IMG/VR virus record: IMGVR_UViG_3300033121_001033
Coordinates: 1 to 64,000 of that record
Strand: one strand, 5' to 3'
DNA: 64,000 nt
From: a virus
Taxonomy: Duplodnaviria; Caudoviricetes
Below are positions 63,256-64,000 of this stretch, piece after piece; the stretch's first letter is position 1, and each line of letters starts with the position of its first letter. Position numbers and translations under genes: made by a program. The notes under the pieces are model-generated. The model searched no databases and was not told the DNA's origin. It saw nothing but the letters and a program-made list of their open reading frames with translations.

Positions 63256-63497
63256 AATATTTAGAAGATAAAATCCCCCATACTCAAATATCTGAAATGG
63301 ATACTACAAGAACTGGACTGATCTTAAAATCAGAACCAGAGCTATTTCTTTTTTGGGAATACAATGAAACATACTATATTAGAGAAAACACGGGTTTAAA
63401 TTTTTCAAAAGTAAATCTCTCAGATCCTAATATTCTAAATTATATAGAAACTAAACTTAAAAATTATATTAATATGAGAACTAAATATGAATGCTAA
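63234..63497 (+). CDS. DP-motif small paralog family member
   Basis: MLYEVILKYLEDKIP ... VNLSDPNILNYIE. Confidence 0.65.
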   Translation: MLYEVILKYLEDKIPHTQISEMDTTRTGLILKSEPELFLFWEYNETYYIRENTGLNFSKVNLSDPNILNYIETKLKNYINMRTKYEC

Positions 63498-63750
63498 CTA
63501 TATTCCTAAACAAATTCTTATAGAATTAAATAATAAATTTCCCACCACACAATTAAAATTAATTGATTCTCCAGAGCATCTGTACGAATATTTATTATCA
63601 TACGATGGTATAAAGTTATATTATACTCGAAACGGAGAACTCAGATCTGGATTAATGACAATAGATTTGGCCGATCCTAATATAATACAGAACATAGAAA
63701 ATGATATTAAGGAAACCATAAAACTGTTCTCACTAAAAGGGATTACATAA
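63487..63750 (+). CDS. DP-motif small paralog family member
   Basis: QILIELNNKFP ... IDLADPNIIQNIE. Confidence 0.65.
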   Translation: MNANYIPKQILIELNNKFPTTQLKLIDSPEHLYEYLLSYDGIKLYYTRNGELRSGLMTIDLADPNIIQNIENDIKETIKLFSLKGIT

Positions 63751-64000
63751 TGAATTACAATGAGATATTAAATCAGATTGTAATAGAACTTCATAATAAA
63801 TTTCCAGGTACTGAGTTAGAAACGGGTGTTACAGATTATAAACAATTGAACTGTGTTAGATTGCGATACAAAGCATTACTAATTATTACTACATGGAACT
63901 CTCGTCTTACATTAAAGATTGTTGAAAGCGAAAATAATAATAAACCAATGTCTTTGTCAGATCCTAATTTTATGAACGAACTAATGTCTAAAGTACAGCG
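63750..64000 (+). CDS. DP-motif family member, partial (runs off window edge)
   Basis: Hand translation MNYNEILNQIVIELHNKFPGTEL...MSLSDPNFMNELMSKVQ. Confidence 0.65.
   Translation, partial: MNYNEILNQIVIELHNKFPGTELETGVTDYKQLNCVRLRYKALLIITTWNSRLTLKIVESENNNKPMSLSDPNFMNELMSKVQ

Noticed and set aside
51253-64000. Diversity-generating retroelement or CRISPR-like array as the source of the paralog family
   Set aside because: No reverse transcriptase, no template/variable repeat pair and no DNA direct repeats seen; similarity is at protein-motif level.
1-64000. Stop-codon reassignment (code 15 or 4)
   Set aside because: Long conserved genes are intact in the standard code, and TAG, TGA and TAA all end genes at sensible positions.
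1-64000. tRNA, rRNA or tmRNA genes
   Set aside because: Intergenic gaps are short and no cloverleaf or T-loop (GTTCRA) pattern was found by eye; tRNAscan-SE or ARAGORN would confirm.

Overview
AT-rich segment of a large tailed bacteriophage genome, probably a jumbo myovirus, read in the standard genetic code. No rRNA, tRNA or CRISPR array was seen. Positions 1-12 kb (minus strand) hold virion genes: a baseplate-hub-like gene, T4 gp13/gp14-like neck proteins, several Gly-rich, collagen and YadA-like fibres, and a CIS tube-like protein. Positions 12-39 kb (mostly minus) hold repair, recombination, replication and packaging genes: UDG, RuvC-like and Hjc-like resolvases, a Cas4-like nuclease, RecA, three SF2 helicases, PhoH, a gp32-like SSB, an intein-split primase, DnaB and a terminase with two inteins. 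Positions 39-51 kb are accessory genes: phosphoesterase, MazG-like, peptide deformylase, HD hydrolase, caspase-like lipoprotein, MoxR/VWA pair, ATP-grasp, Hsp20 and thioredoxin. Positions 51-64 kb switch to the plus strand. The most striking feature is a family of about 20 small (70-150 aa) divergent paralogs sharing an N-terminal helix ending in K-[FYI]-P and a C-terminal [LIFY]-[SAN]-[DNS]-P-x-[FLI]+helix motif. They form tightly coupled arrays interleaved with cargo genes (archaeal-type RNase HII, a full GyrB/GyrA gyrase, two GNAT-like paralogs). Also notable are a conserved 5' leader hairpin with a compensatory base-pair change in front of the SSB gene and the recA-operon lead gene, and a correctly spaced sigma-54 promoter in front of hsp20. 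All functional calls come from motif recognition by eye; no database search was run.
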